From positions 19,654,001-19,718,000 of the forward strand of contig OZ210885.1 of assembly GCA_964658305.1 (NCBI GenBank): a stretch of 64,000 nt of DNA, written 5' to 3'. Under the pieces are notes generated by a model. The model was given only the letters and a program-made list of their open reading frames with translations, was not told the origin of the DNA and searched no databases. Origin of the DNA: Leptogorgia sarmentosa (Eukaryota). Made by a program: the position numbers and the translations under genes. Positions 1 through 10,784 of the stretch are shown here, one piece after another (position 1 is the stretch's first letter; each line of letters starts with the position of its first letter).

Positions 1-1585
1 CCTCGTTAGTAACTGCTACCATGCCTAGTGAACTAAAGAATGCTGTTCTTACTCCTAATTTAAAGAAAACTTCACTTGACCATGAAGTTTATTCAAACTT
101 TAGGCCCATTTCAAACCTGAAATTTATTTCTAAAATAGTGGAGAAGTCTGTTTCACATCAACTTACAGATTATCTGCGTGGAAATGATTTAGAAGAAAGA
201 TTCCAGTCAGCATATAAAGGGTTTCATAGTACTGAAACTGCTCTTGTTAAAGTACACAATGATATTGTCTCAGCAATTGACAACCAGGAACATGTAATTC
301 TGGTACTGCTTGACTTGTCTGCTGTGTTTGATATGATAGACCACAAAATACTGTTATCCAGGCTATCGAACCGTTTTGGTATCAAGGGAAAGGTATTAAG
401 TTGGTTTGAATCTTATCTGAAAGATCGCAAGCAGACCGTCAGTGTAAATGGTGTTACATCCTCAACTAGAGAAGTCATTTCTGCGGTACCTCAGGGGTCT
501 GTACTAGGGCCAATCCTGTACCTGCTGTATACGTCACCACTCGGAGACATTATTCGAAGCCATGGTCTATCCTATCACTTTTATGCTGATGATTCACAGT
601 TGTATATTACTTTCAAACCAAGCAATGAGATAGCAACTATATCAAATATTGAAGCTTGTATCAATGACATTAATAATTGGATGATTTCTAATAAATTAAA
701 ACTTAATAAAGGAAAAACGGAACTTCTTGTAATAGGATTGAATTCTCGTTGTCGTCCATTGGTTGAAAGTATCACTGTTGCTGGAGAATATATAAATGGA
801 TCAAAAACGGTTAGAAACCTTGGATCAGTCTTTGATGAAAGCATGAATCTAGAGCAACATGTAAAGGATGTGTGTAAATGTGCTTTCTACCACATTCAGA
901 ATATATCAAAGATAAGAGACTGTCTTACTCAGAACGATACTGAGACGTTGGTACACGCATTTATATCAAGCAAACTTGATTTTTGTAGCGCATTGCTTTA
1001 TGGCTTACCACAGTGTGTGATAGATAAGCTTCAACGTGTTCAAAACTCGGCGGCACGTCTTGTAACTCGAACTCGTAAATATGAACATATCACACCAGTA
1101 CTCATGGATTTACACTGGTTACCAGTAGAGCAGCATATCAAATACAAGATACTGTTATTAACATACAAATCGTTGAATGGAATGGCACCTAAGTATCTGA
1201 GTGATCTTCTTCATTGTCATCCAACGAGACAACTTAGGTCAGCATCAAAACATCTGCTTGTTCCACCTAAAGTAAATCTTAAATGATATGGTGAAAGATC
1301 CTTCAAATCTGCCTCCCCAAGACTATGGAACTCTCTGCCTGAAAATGTTCGAGCTAGTCCATCACTTGACTCTTTTAAAACTAGACTAAAGACTTTCCTT
1401 TATAAAGAAGCTTTTAATAAAGATTCTTATTTTCTTTATATTATATATAATTATATATAGACTACGTCTCTCACGGTTGTATTGTAAATATGTAAATATT
1501 AATATTTTATCAAATTGTAAAGCGTCTTTGAGCTTCGGGAAACAGCGCTATATAAATCTATTAAATTATTTATTATTATTAAATT
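1..1585 (+). mobile_element. L2/CR1-group LINE, 3' part (RT domain, 3' UTR, TTA-rich tail), inserted into the Polinton
   Basis: ORF 21-1286 has RT motifs FRPISNL, QSAY..FHSTETAL, LLDLSA.FD, VPQGSVLGP and YADD. It reads on past TGA1284 as YGERSF..PRLWNSLP..FKTRLKTFL. 3' end GTAAAGCG...GCGCTATATAAAT followed by a (TTA)n-like tail at ~1560-1585. Confidence 0.92.
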
Positions 1586-1588
1586 AAT

Positions 1589-1885
1589 ACAGTTTTGAAA
1601 TCACCAGAAGCAGTTGATGTTAATCGCGGATTAAGATACCTCACAGTTACATGTGATCGCAAATCCGCTTAAAAATGTTGACACAGACGGAAGTGCAAAC
1701 ACAAACATTGCCTATCTACCCATTCCTCCGTTTCCGGTTTTAACGAAAATCATCCCGTGGTTTCTGTTAAGGAAGACATTGTTACCAAAATGACGTTTAC
1801 CGTAAACCCAAACATAAATATTCCAGTGGATGTTGACGTGCTTCTTAATCTCGTTGTGAATGGTATACATATGGAACACACTTAG
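1589..1885 (+). pseudogene. C-terminal remnant of a second minor-capsid (penton)-like gene, truncated by the L2 insertion
   Basis: Hand translation across frameshifts: SPEAVDVNRGLRYLTVTCD..NVDTDG..IAYLPIP..HPVVSVKEDIVTKMTFTV..VLLNLVV..*. This parallels the V.CD...G...L...P C-terminal pattern of the 5455-6213 penton. Confidence 0.45.
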
Positions 1886-1906
1886 CGAATGTTAGTCATT
1901 TATAGG

Positions 1907-2242
1907 ATGTCTTTGTATGTGAAAAGAACCCTACCGCTCCTTCAAACACTAGCAGCATCAAAGCCAGCCTTGCGAAACGCTATTCTTCAGCACGCTCCCT
2001 CGGATTTGATTAAAGCTATTTCCGAAATTATTTTAAACATACTTAAAGGGGCTATAAAAATATCCCCAAGCCAGAAGAAACGTTTGGCTCGCTACAAAAA
2101 CAAGCTTCGCGAACTATCGAGTAACAGAGTATCAGAAAAAGTAAAAAGAAGGTTCCTTACACAAAAAGGTGGTGGGGGTGGTGCTGTCTTAGCGTCAATA
2201 CTCGTACCTTTGGCTATTGCTGCAATTACTGGGCGGTCATGA
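1907..2242 (+). CDS. Polinton PW-like (adintovirus gasderminX-like) small basic protein
   Basis: LLQTL..KPALRNAIL....DLIKAISEIILNILKG.I.ISP.QKKRL.RYK.KLR....QKGGG plus a hydrophobic tail; typical Maverick core gene; intact. Confidence 0.8.
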   Translation: MSLYVKRTLPLLQTLAASKPALRNAILQHAPSDLIKAISEIILNILKGAIKISPSQKKRLARYKNKLRELSSNRVSEKVKRRFLTQKGGGGGAVLASILVPLAIAAITGRS

Positions 2243-2892
2243 AGCGTATGGTTCTGGTTCCTGAAGAAAAGCTTATGCAATATGAACAACAAAAAGGAGG
2301 TGGAACACACCCATATATAAATATTACGCCATACACAAGCAATACAGGGTGGTCTACACCGCAGTATGGTTTTGGAAAAAAAGAGGAAGAAAGGGAGTTA
2401 TCAGACGATATTATTGTCTGAGGAATTCCAAAGACCATGAGAACCCGAGCTGGTGCCCTATTGGAACGACTGAAAGCAAGACCAGACGTTATTTCATGGG
2501 ATGATATGGGTCAAGTCAAAAGAGATGGAGTCTTTATACCGAAATCAAATATCTCGGATTTGATCTCCAGTGCTATGAGATCACGTAAAAACTTTAATCC
2601 TGTAGCTTCACATGAATTTTTTAACGTATTAAATAATTTAAACATACCCAGGGATCTTGTGAGAAACGAAGAACCAATGAATAAAGGGAAATGTAAAAAA
2701 CCCCTAACACAAAAAGGAGAATTTGGATCAATTATTCCAATCATGGACGTACTCTTTGACAAAATCGAACAAGACGTAGCTCCAGCAGGAGCGAGATGGT
2801 TGGCAAAAAAGGAACGACAAAGAGATCGAGGGAAAAAACAGAAAAAACAGAAACTACGTAAAATACCCAAATGGGAATGTTATAAAGGATAA
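2239..2892 (+). pseudogene. Polinton PZ-like conserved protein with one in-frame stop (TGA 2419-2421)
   Basis: MKRMVLVP start, then IPKTMRTRAGALLERLK...ISWDD.G......IP.SNISDLI....R.RKNFNP; the two ORFs are in the same frame. Confidence 0.75.
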
Positions 2893-2954
2893 CTTTTTTG
2901 TAAATAATTATTGTTAAAATGAATAAAAACACTTTTTAAAAAGCTGATTTTTAT

Positions 2955-3458
2955 TTAAAGCAATTTTTTACAACATTGACTAAGCCCACAAATGGGTTTG
3001 TTAGTAATATCAAAATACTTTTTAACATAACAAGATACGTTTCTATCATTCAACAATGCATTATTTCCAAACATATTTACAATTTCATTCATACTACAAC
3101 CACAAGCTCTTTGATATAAGTAAAAAATACAGTATTGTCCACACACTTCAGTCCACGAACTTTGTAATTTTTGTGTATTTTGTTTCCATTCATAAGGTTT
3201 AAAATAAGTCTTAAAAGAGTCATTGTAATGTTCAGGTGGTTGTCCATAACTGTCAAAAAATTCTCCTGTATTATATGTGGGAAAGTAAAATACCACCCAA
3301 TGTGTCCCTGGTTTTGTAGATGGGTCCGTATTAGCCACAAATCCACAGGGGAATGTGCTTAATGATTTCGGTAGTTGGTCAGCTGGAAACACACCACAAA
3401 ACCTCTTTGATGTTTTTGAATTACGTTCCAAGACACGCTCAATTTGTTGGGTATTCAT
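2955..3458 (-). CDS. Adenain-like cysteine protease (Polinton PRO)
   Basis: GVFPADQLP, NTDPSTKPGTHW (His), EFFDSYG (Asp), LQS...VCGQYC (Gln/Cys); intact 167 aa. Confidence 0.93.
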   Translation of the reverse strand: MNTQQIERVLERNSKTSKRFCGVFPADQLPKSLSTFPCGFVANTDPSTKPGTHWVVFYFPTYNTGEFFDSYGQPPEHYNDSFKTYFKPYEWKQNTQKLQSSWTEVCGQYCIFYLYQRACGCSMNEIVNMFGNNALLNDRNVSCYVKKYFDITNKPICGLSQCCKKLL

Positions 3459-4846
3459 GACGACATGTCGACATGTATGATATTTTCAAAATCTCCGTAG
3501 CATACCAAAGCAAGAGCAGCAGTTGGTGCGGTGGCGAACGCGATGTCAATTGTCAGTGCACCGTGCTGTACTGCATTAAAAAATAGGGAGAGGAACCACA
3601 CATATCAGGGGTTAGATCAAAGGCATAGATGGTGTACCCTTTAGGGTAATCTTTTCGGGATATATCGAGTCCTGTGTTGTAATTCATCTTTCCAGTACCG
3701 GAGAACAAAGTACCGAATGCTTGCGTGAAATTTTCTTTGTTGTTTTCGTAATTCAGATTGAATTGTTTGAAGGGTAACTCTTAAGTTACTGCAAGTGTCA
3801 CCGACGTTACATCATAATTTTTGAAATTAAACGGGTTTTTCCCATAGTTCCATTGTAAGCCGTAGCTTCCGCGAGACCAAATACTAATGTTTTTGGTATG
3901 GTTCCCGTGATAATATTATCTTTTCTTATGGATGGAACGTTTCCGGGTACAACAAACGCCTTGCATTCAACACGACGGATGGGGTAAATTGCTGGTACCC
4001 TCTTTAGTGCGGCTGCATGAGCTGCTTGAACCGCTTGGCTCACTTTGACTTTACATACTTTAAGGATAACATCGGTTAACTTCACTTTGGCACCAATAGG
4101 AGTTGTGTTTTTGTCAATAAGAGAGAACTGATCAGCGCTTCGGTTGAGAATCAATTTAACATTCACCTTATCCAATAAGAGACAATTACTCATAAACGCG
4201 TCAACAAAAAGGGGTCCCTCCATAGTGAGAAGCTTTCCATCCCGTATGAACTGGTGTCTTTTGGCGAAACCTTGATTTCCGCTTCCTGGCACCATAATTT
4301 TTTGACAAGCAGATTTCACGGTTCCTCTTTCGGTATAGTTGTAGGTCAATGTTTTCTCTGAGGGAAGACTTCCTGCATTATCCATTTCTCCGGGGGAATC
4401 TTTGTAGTATAATGCTGACGTAAACTGTGATTGTTTGGCGGAAACATCATAATTCAACAATGTTTCAAAATAGGCACGGTAGGGGTAGGTTCCAATGGCA
4501 GGTGTTACAATCATGGACGTACAATCAGGTACACATCAACTTGTTTGAATCCGGTGTGTAAAAAGTTGTTGGCTGGGGCAATACTCGCTTGCTCATTACC
4601 GTCTAAATCATCACCGTTAGCCTTTACCACTTTTCCTTCAACAACCAAAATTGTTTTGGACAAGTCAATATAGTCATCGTCACCAGTAACCAGAAATGTA
4701 ATGGGTCCCTCATCATTTTCAACACTTGAAAGAGGGTGGTATTCGACCCAACGACTTTTTTCCAAACTTGTTTGCGTGGGTGGGATGTTAAACAATTCAA
4801 CTTCTGTTTTACCACAGCGTTTTGAATTATTGTGTACGTAACTCAT
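3455..4846 (-). pseudogene. Major capsid protein (double jelly-roll, PY/hexon), frameshifted
   Basis: ELFNIPPTQTS..VEYHPLSS..PITF..YIDLSKT; YPYRAYFETLLNY; YPIRRVECK; C-terminal IYAFDLTPD...ALVCYGDFENII. Frameshifts near ~4515 and ~3820. Confidence 0.9.
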
Positions 4847-4903
4847 TTTGAAGACCTCTTCTCTGATTCAATGTCAAACTAAATGTGAATACTTTTTCTT
4901 TAT

Positions 4904-5452
4904 TTAACCAAATATATCCTTTGCTGGTAAAGACCTTTTTTGCTTTGACGTCATTGCTCTCGGAAACACAACACCTACAGCTTTTCCATTTCTATGTACA
5001 CCTCTTCTCTTTTTACGCTTTCCTCCGGATTGATTAAGATTAATATAAGCATTGCTCCAAATTCTCTTCCTTCTTTTTTTATAAAGACCACTACCATGAC
5101 GTCCTTTTTGAGACTTTTTTTGCCTTTTTCTTTTTTTAGGTGCTGATTGTGATCTTAGTCGTTTTACTGCCGTTGGTGTTGTCGTTGGTTTGGAGGGTGT
5201 TTTCAATGCCTCCACCGCTCTTTTTCCTACAAGATTTATTGATTGTTTCCCTGCTTCTTTTCCACTCTCTCGAGCTGCTTCTTTTACAGTTTTACCATCA
5301 ATTACACCAGCTACCATATTTTTTAACAAATCAGCTCCTACGGTCACACCAATTCTACCAATCTCTCCCAAAATAGGTTTAAGCTTTTCTCCTGTTGCAA
5401 CTATGTTTCTACTACGGAATATACCTCCTACCCCATAACCCTGTTGAGTCAT
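4904..5452 (-). CDS. Polinton PM-like (cupiennin-like) amphipathic/basic core protein
   Basis: QQGYGVGGIFR N-terminus, amphipathic helix, K/R-rich C-terminal half, terminal DIFG; lies between penton and MCP. Confidence 0.7.
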   Translation of the reverse strand: MTQQGYGVGGIFRSRNIVATGEKLKPILGEIGRIGVTVGADLLKNMVAGVIDGKTVKEAARESGKEAGKQSINLVGKRAVEALKTPSKPTTTPTAVKRLRSQSAPKKRKRQKKSQKGRHGSGLYKKRRKRIWSNAYINLNQSGGKRKKRRGVHRNGKAVGVVFPRAMTSKQKRSLPAKDIFG

Positions 5453-5454
5453 TT

Positions 5455-6213
5455 TTAAAAGTAGCTCTTTTGTCTAAAGTGTAGTGTTATCGATGTATGT
5501 CCGTGCTCAAATGAGATACGTTCATTTGTGCTACTCCTTAAAAGAACCTTTACTTCTTCAAATGATTTTATACGAACAGGTACGTAGTGTAGGTTTTTTG
5601 TAAAGTACGTCGTTTCACGTTTTCCTTTTCCTTCATCCCAAACAATATCCAATAATGGAACGGTTTGGTTTCCAACAATTTGCGGTTGAACAATATCGCA
5701 GTAAACGTAAATGTTTGTTTCGCGGTGTAAATTTGCTTCATGATTTCCCGTTTCCGTGGTTGTAATCTTTTTAACAATATCAGGATCATCAAACGTAAGA
5801 AAACCAAGAATAATAGCCTGTTCTTTTCGCAAATGAACTTCGTACCCATTTTCTAATGTAACGGTAACTTTTCCAATGTGAATAGTAAACGTAATTTTTC
5901 CCTTATCCTCTTCAGGAATAGATGCATTGACATCTGCGACATATTCCTTAACGGTTGTATAGTAATCCTTTAATGGTGATCCTGTTTTTTTGGTACCGTT
6001 TACCACATAATGTATGGATTCCCCACTTAATTCTATCGTATTCCATTTTACGTAGGATATGGAATGTAACGCAGCTTCCCACTCTCCATTTAGCTGAATG
6101 CAATGGGTTAACTTTGTCATATAGTCCGATGTGGTATTATTAGGAAAAGAGTCTGCAGACGTGTTACTTGGTAGTGTAATGTAAAAATCAGAAGCATTTT
6201 CCGTAGTGCTCAT
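5455..6213 (-). CDS. Minor capsid protein (penton, PX)
   Basis: FYITLPSN.S...FPNNT.S.Y, GEWEAAL..ISY, IYVYCDIV.PQIVG...VPLL, HYVPV, TLHFR; intact 252 aa. Confidence 0.9.
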   Translation of the reverse strand: MSTTENASDFYITLPSNTSADSFPNNTTSDYMTKLTHCIQLNGEWEAALHSISYVKWNTIELSGESIHYVVNGTKKTGSPLKDYYTTVKEYVADVNASIPEEDKGKITFTIHIGKVTVTLENGYEVHLRKEQAIILGFLTFDDPDIVKKITTTETGNHEANLHRETNIYVYCDIVQPQIVGNQTVPLLDIVWDEGKGKRETTYFTKNLHYVPVRIKSFEEVKVLLRSSTNERISFEHGHTSITLHFRQKSYF

Positions 6214-6263
6214 GATTAAAACGTCAGATCACAAATGACAAAAACACACACAAAAATTGCTTT

Positions 6264-7342
6264 TTAAATATTTTTTAATTGAGATGCAGGTATCCATGAA
6301 TTAAATTTCGCTGGATATCCTAACCATTTTACAAAGTATTGTTCATTTTTTCCTCTACCTTTCTTTTTTAAAACCTCTTCTACTTCATACACATCATCTT
6401 CCTTAATGACTTTTTGTAATTCCTCTTTGTAAAATGTACCGTCAAGTTCCTCTTGATCATAGTCTTTTAGCTTATACACTGGTGGGTATCGAGGTATTTG
6501 TTTGCTTACGGTAAAAATTTCTTTTGAAAAATTAGGAAGATAACCCTTTTCAAATTTACGCTTCATTTTACTTATTCGTACCTGATCACCTATAAAGAAC
6601 TTATACTTTACTCTTTTCTTACGTGCTGGGCGTTCACCGTATAGGGTGTGCCATACTTCTTGCATCACTTCTATAGTGACATTTACAGGTTTTTTCTTAA
6701 TGCTACGATGTTTGCTATGATTATATGAGTACGCTAATTTATCCAGCATGTCAATGTACCTACGTGTTTTCTTAGCTGTAAAAAAGCGCCACATTTTTGT
6801 TTTCAAAGTACGAATGAGGCGCTCCACAACCGATGCTTTTGTTTCATTGTAAGTATTGTAAAGTTGTATGTCTTCTTGTTTCATTAGTGCCTTAAAGGGT
6901 CTATTGAAAAATTCTGTTCCCTGATCCGTTTGAATTTTCTGCAGTTTTCGTCCCGATTCCAAAATCACTTTAAAAGCCTCTACGAAAGCGGGCCCCCTGT
7001 TTTAGTTTTTAAGGGTATAATCCACACAAATTTTGAAAATACGTCAATGCATATGAGTAGGTACCGATATTTATCGTTTTCGTCGGCCAGTGGTTGCATG
7101 TCAGCTAAATCCATTTGCCATAACTCGTCAATACCTCCGACAATGACACAATTTCGTTTGAACCTACGTCGTGCAGGTTTATGTAATGTGTAAGCATCTT
7201 GACTCATTAACCATTTTCTAATTTTACCTCGTGATATGTCAAACTTTCCATCCTTTTTTACGTCATTGTATAATCGTTCTACCCCACCGTACCCCCCGGA
7301 TCGTTTTGGGTTATAGTAAACACTAGATAAGTATGCGTCCAT
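6264..7342 (-). pseudogene. Polinton retroviral-like (rve) integrase with C-terminal chromodomain, one frameshift
   Basis: YYNPK..GGYGG, WQMDLADM, IDVFSK, IQTDQGTEF, VVERLIRTLK (DDE), chromo YEVEEVL...YFVKWLGYP..FNSWIP. Frameshift in a G-run at ~6993-6997. Confidence 0.93.
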
Positions 7343-7372
7343 AACTTTTTTCGAAATGAGAAAACATCAGGG

Positions 7373-7600
7373 TCAGTCTTCTTTTATTCCTATGGTAATG
7401 TTATTGGGCTCCTCCTCAATGGTAGGTAATTTGTCTTTAACAGGTAAATACTTTTTTTTTGTTTTTCCGTGATACTCAGTCTTGAGACAACCCTCAACAT
7501 TTGTATCCCCCCGACACATAGTCACCCCCAATTTACACAAATGTTTTTTATCGATATCTTTATTTAATCGCTTTTTTCTCTTACTAGTTGCGCTACCCAT
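7373..7600 (-). CDS. Small basic accessory protein with N-myristoylation motif (MGSATSKRKKR)
   Basis: ATG at 7600 is set by a 35-bp promoter-like motif shared with the neighbouring gene; 75 aa. Confidence 0.55.
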   Translation of the reverse strand: MGSATSKRKKRLNKDIDKKHLCKLGVTMCRGDTNVEGCLKTEYHGKTKKKYLPVKDKLPTIEEEPNNITIGIKED

Positions 7601-7680
7601 GTTTACTGTATGAATGATCAACTGCGTTTAAATGCTTTTCACTTAAGTATTATCAACCCCACATCAGAACCGAGAAAATC

Positions 7681-7908
7681 TTAATGACCCATAATGTAAC
7701 CATGCGCAAGACACGCATTCCAGATTTTCTTAATAATCGATCTGTTCGTAATTATACCATATCGGTCGATTTCAATTTTCATCTCATTCATCTCTTCCTC
7801 TGAGATTCCGGCACACAGTTTGGAGTAAAAATCTGATGTATAAACATTGACATGTGCAAGGGTGCGTTGGTAATAAGAGTAACGAAAGTCCAGTTCAAGT
7901 ACCGTCAT
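7681..7908 (-). CDS. Small accessory protein, paralog A
   Basis: FYSKLCAGISEEEMN...IIKKIWNACLAHGYI is homologous to the adjacent ORF; shares the upstream motif. Confidence 0.6.
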   Translation of the reverse strand: MTVLELDFRYSYYQRTLAHVNVYTSDFYSKLCAGISEEEMNEMKIEIDRYGIITNRSIIKKIWNACLAHGYIMGH

Positions 7909-7991
7909 GTTTACTGTATGAATGAACAACTGCATTTAAAAATAGTTTTACATGCTTTCCCCTTAAGTCTGTCATTTCAGGATATCGAAAC

Positions 7992-8261
7992 TTAAAACCT
8001 AAGTACCATCTTGTCCAGCCAGAGACCAAGAATATCATAATCTTGCAAAATGTAACCATGTTCAAGACACACACTCCAGATTTTCTTAATAAACAACTTG
8101 TCCGTAAATATCTCGTCTCCAGTCTCCTCATCTTCAGTAACCACTGCATTCAATTCTTCATTTGAAATTCCTGCACACAATTTGGAGCAAAAGCTTGATG
8201 CACACATATTGACACGTAATACAATACGTCCCTTAGAAAAGAAGTCCACATCGATAGTCAT
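7992..8261 (-). CDS. Small accessory protein, paralog B
   Basis: FCSKLCAGISNEELN...FIKKIWSVCLEHGYI; TATAAG and TCATTT lie upstream of the ATG at 8261. Confidence 0.6.
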   Translation of the reverse strand: MTIDVDFFSKGRIVLRVNMCASSFCSKLCAGISNEELNAVVTEDEETGDEIFTDKLFIKKIWSVCLEHGYILQDYDILGLWLDKMVLRF

Positions 8262-8357
8262 TGTGGCGAAATGATTTCCTATACTAAAAACAGTTTTACT
8301 TATACCACATAAAAGCATACATTTCCATAACACTCCCTTATTTACATTCCATCCGCA

Positions 8358-10543
8358 ATGAAGAGAGGATATCCTTACACAAGTGGTAATCTTAATTTTG
8401 GCTACGAATATGATTACAAATCAAAAAGCTCCAAAAGCAAGGACCTCAAGGACCCCCAGGACCTGCGGGACCTACAAGACCTTCTGGTCCTGCAGGATCT
8501 CAAGGATTACCGGGAGCCATAGGACCACCAGGTCCTCAGGGGGCACAAGGGTTGCAAGGACCCCCTGGGCATAAAGGAGATAAAGGAAACGACGGCACTC
8601 CGGGTTCCCAGGGACCGCAAGGACCACAAGGACTACAAGGACTAAAAGGAAATGATGGGGCACGAGGGTGTGATGGACCACAAGGACATCAAGGAATTCC
8701 CGGTACAGCTGCCAATAAAGGGGATAAGGGAGACACAGGTGATCAGGGACCTCCCGGTCCTCAGGGAGCACAAGGTCAACAAGGTCCTCCTGGACCTCAA
8801 GGAAGTACTGGCAGGCAAGGACCCACAGGACCTAAAGGGGCTACGGGAAAAACGGGGCCTCAAATAAATCCGGGACCTAAAGGAGACAAAGGAGATCAGG
8901 GACATTCGGGATCCACAGGACCTCGCGGTCCAACAGGTCCGGCTGGGGCTACAGGTCCTCAGGGACCAATAGGTAACCCGGGACCAAAAGGGGCTAAAGG
9001 AGATAGGGGTGTTCCTGGAAATGACGGTAATAATGGAGCTCAAGGACCCGCAGGACCTACAAGACCTACGGGAAGCCAAGGCACCCCGGGATTATGTGGA
9101 CAAAAAGGACCAAAGGGAGATCAGGGAAACCAGGGACCTAAAGGAGACAAAGGAGACATCGGACCCAGTGGACATACAGGAAACGCGGGACCTACCGGAA
9201 ACACAGGTCCCATGGGACCTACCGGACCTATGGGATCACGAGGACAAAAAGGAGACAAAGGAGATGTTGGCAGTTTCGACGCCGCTACAAAAAAGCAGCT
9301 TATTTTAGTGAATAAGAACTTTGGACAAATAACGTACCCACACGCTTTTCAAACCTTTGAATTTGAGGATTCAGGTAAAGATGCCCCGTACAATGGTAGT
9401 CGAGGAGTGAATCTTGTGGTAACAAAAAGCACCACAAACGAAACAATTCCAATTTTGGGTTCTCGTGCCCCTATTAAAATAAACCAAGACTCAAACCCCA
9501 CAGTAGACAAAACGGGAATCTCCCTTGTTGCAAATTACTCTCAACCAGAGTCATACGGAGTGATATTTGGTATCCAAGATCACATCAACAGTGGGGTGTC
9601 AAAAACCATATACATGTTCACAAACTACGGTTCAAATGTTAACTCATCAGCTCCTGTAAGGCGAATAGGAACGGTGGACCACAACGGAAAAACGTACGAA
9701 TACTATTTGGGAAGAGTTGACAAAAACGCAAATCCTACCGCTAACCCTAAATCACAATTTTCTTTTGAAATTTTGTATGAATCTACCGACTTACCTGAAA
9801 GAAACATGTCAATAAGCATTTACGGAGGATTTACATTTCTACAGTTATCCGCTGCAAATTATTCCAGCGCAAATCTCACAAACAAACTTCATTTTCCCTA
9901 TCACAAAGACTTTGAAAGGCAGAAATTCAAAAGTATTATGAGAGGAAACACTCTTCTTGCCGGATTCAAACAACAAGATGGAACTATTCTTCCTAATGAC
10001 AAACTAAAAATAGCCACAGTAAACCTGCTAACCTCTACTCAACTATATATGGCAAAAACTATACTGCATTATATCACAAACGCATACAATAATACTATAA
10101 TGTGCACTTTATTTATGACATCACCATCGCAAACAACCTCGTCGTGGTGTTACCCTAAAGCCCTTATTAGCAGATACCCCTCACCAATCTACCCGTTAGT
10201 AAGCACCGATCCTTTGCGTATAACATTACTAACGCATGCATTCAACGATGATAACACTATCGGTAATGATTTGGAATTGGAATTCCGCCTACTTTTGTAC
10301 ACGGTCGGTACAAACACACAAACAGACGCAGGAACAGCAGCAAGTCTTGGTACAATAAAATACAAGGACAAGAAACGATCCGAAAGAAGATTCCTCCTCA
10401 ATCACCTATTTGAATATAACCCCCCAAAGACAGGGGTCTATATTTGTTACACTATACAATTCAGACAAATAAAGCCCACAACAGCAATCGGTAATGAGTC
10501 AAATATTATATTTAACGCTGTACAATTACCAATAATTAAATAA
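8358..10543 (+). CDS. Collagen-like (Gly-X-Y) protein with large C-terminal globular domain; putative virion fibre; frameshift near 8430
   Basis: Intronless Gly-X-Y tract ~8438-9270 followed by ~420 aa non-repetitive region. The likely ATG at 8358 is out of frame with the collagen tract. Confidence 0.75.
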
Positions 10544-10784
10544 AATGTTTAAAAAATTTTATTTCATGTGTTAATGTTACAAGGTTTTACTATAAAGTGT
10601 TTTAAAAAAGTGTACATCCACACCCGAGAATAAACTCATCCCCAGAAAGACATCTATACCCAAACGGTGTTTTCTGTACTTCAACACCGGATTTCAAAGG
10701 CTCTTCTTTGGGTTTCCCAGCAGGTTTGTTAGCCTTACTATAAAAATGTTTAAAAACCTTTATACAATGTTTTACTTGAATGTC

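Noticed and set aside
8552..10543. Host collagen gene
   Set aside because: Intronless, no signal peptide, no recognisable COLFI/NC1 domain, embedded among Polinton genes.
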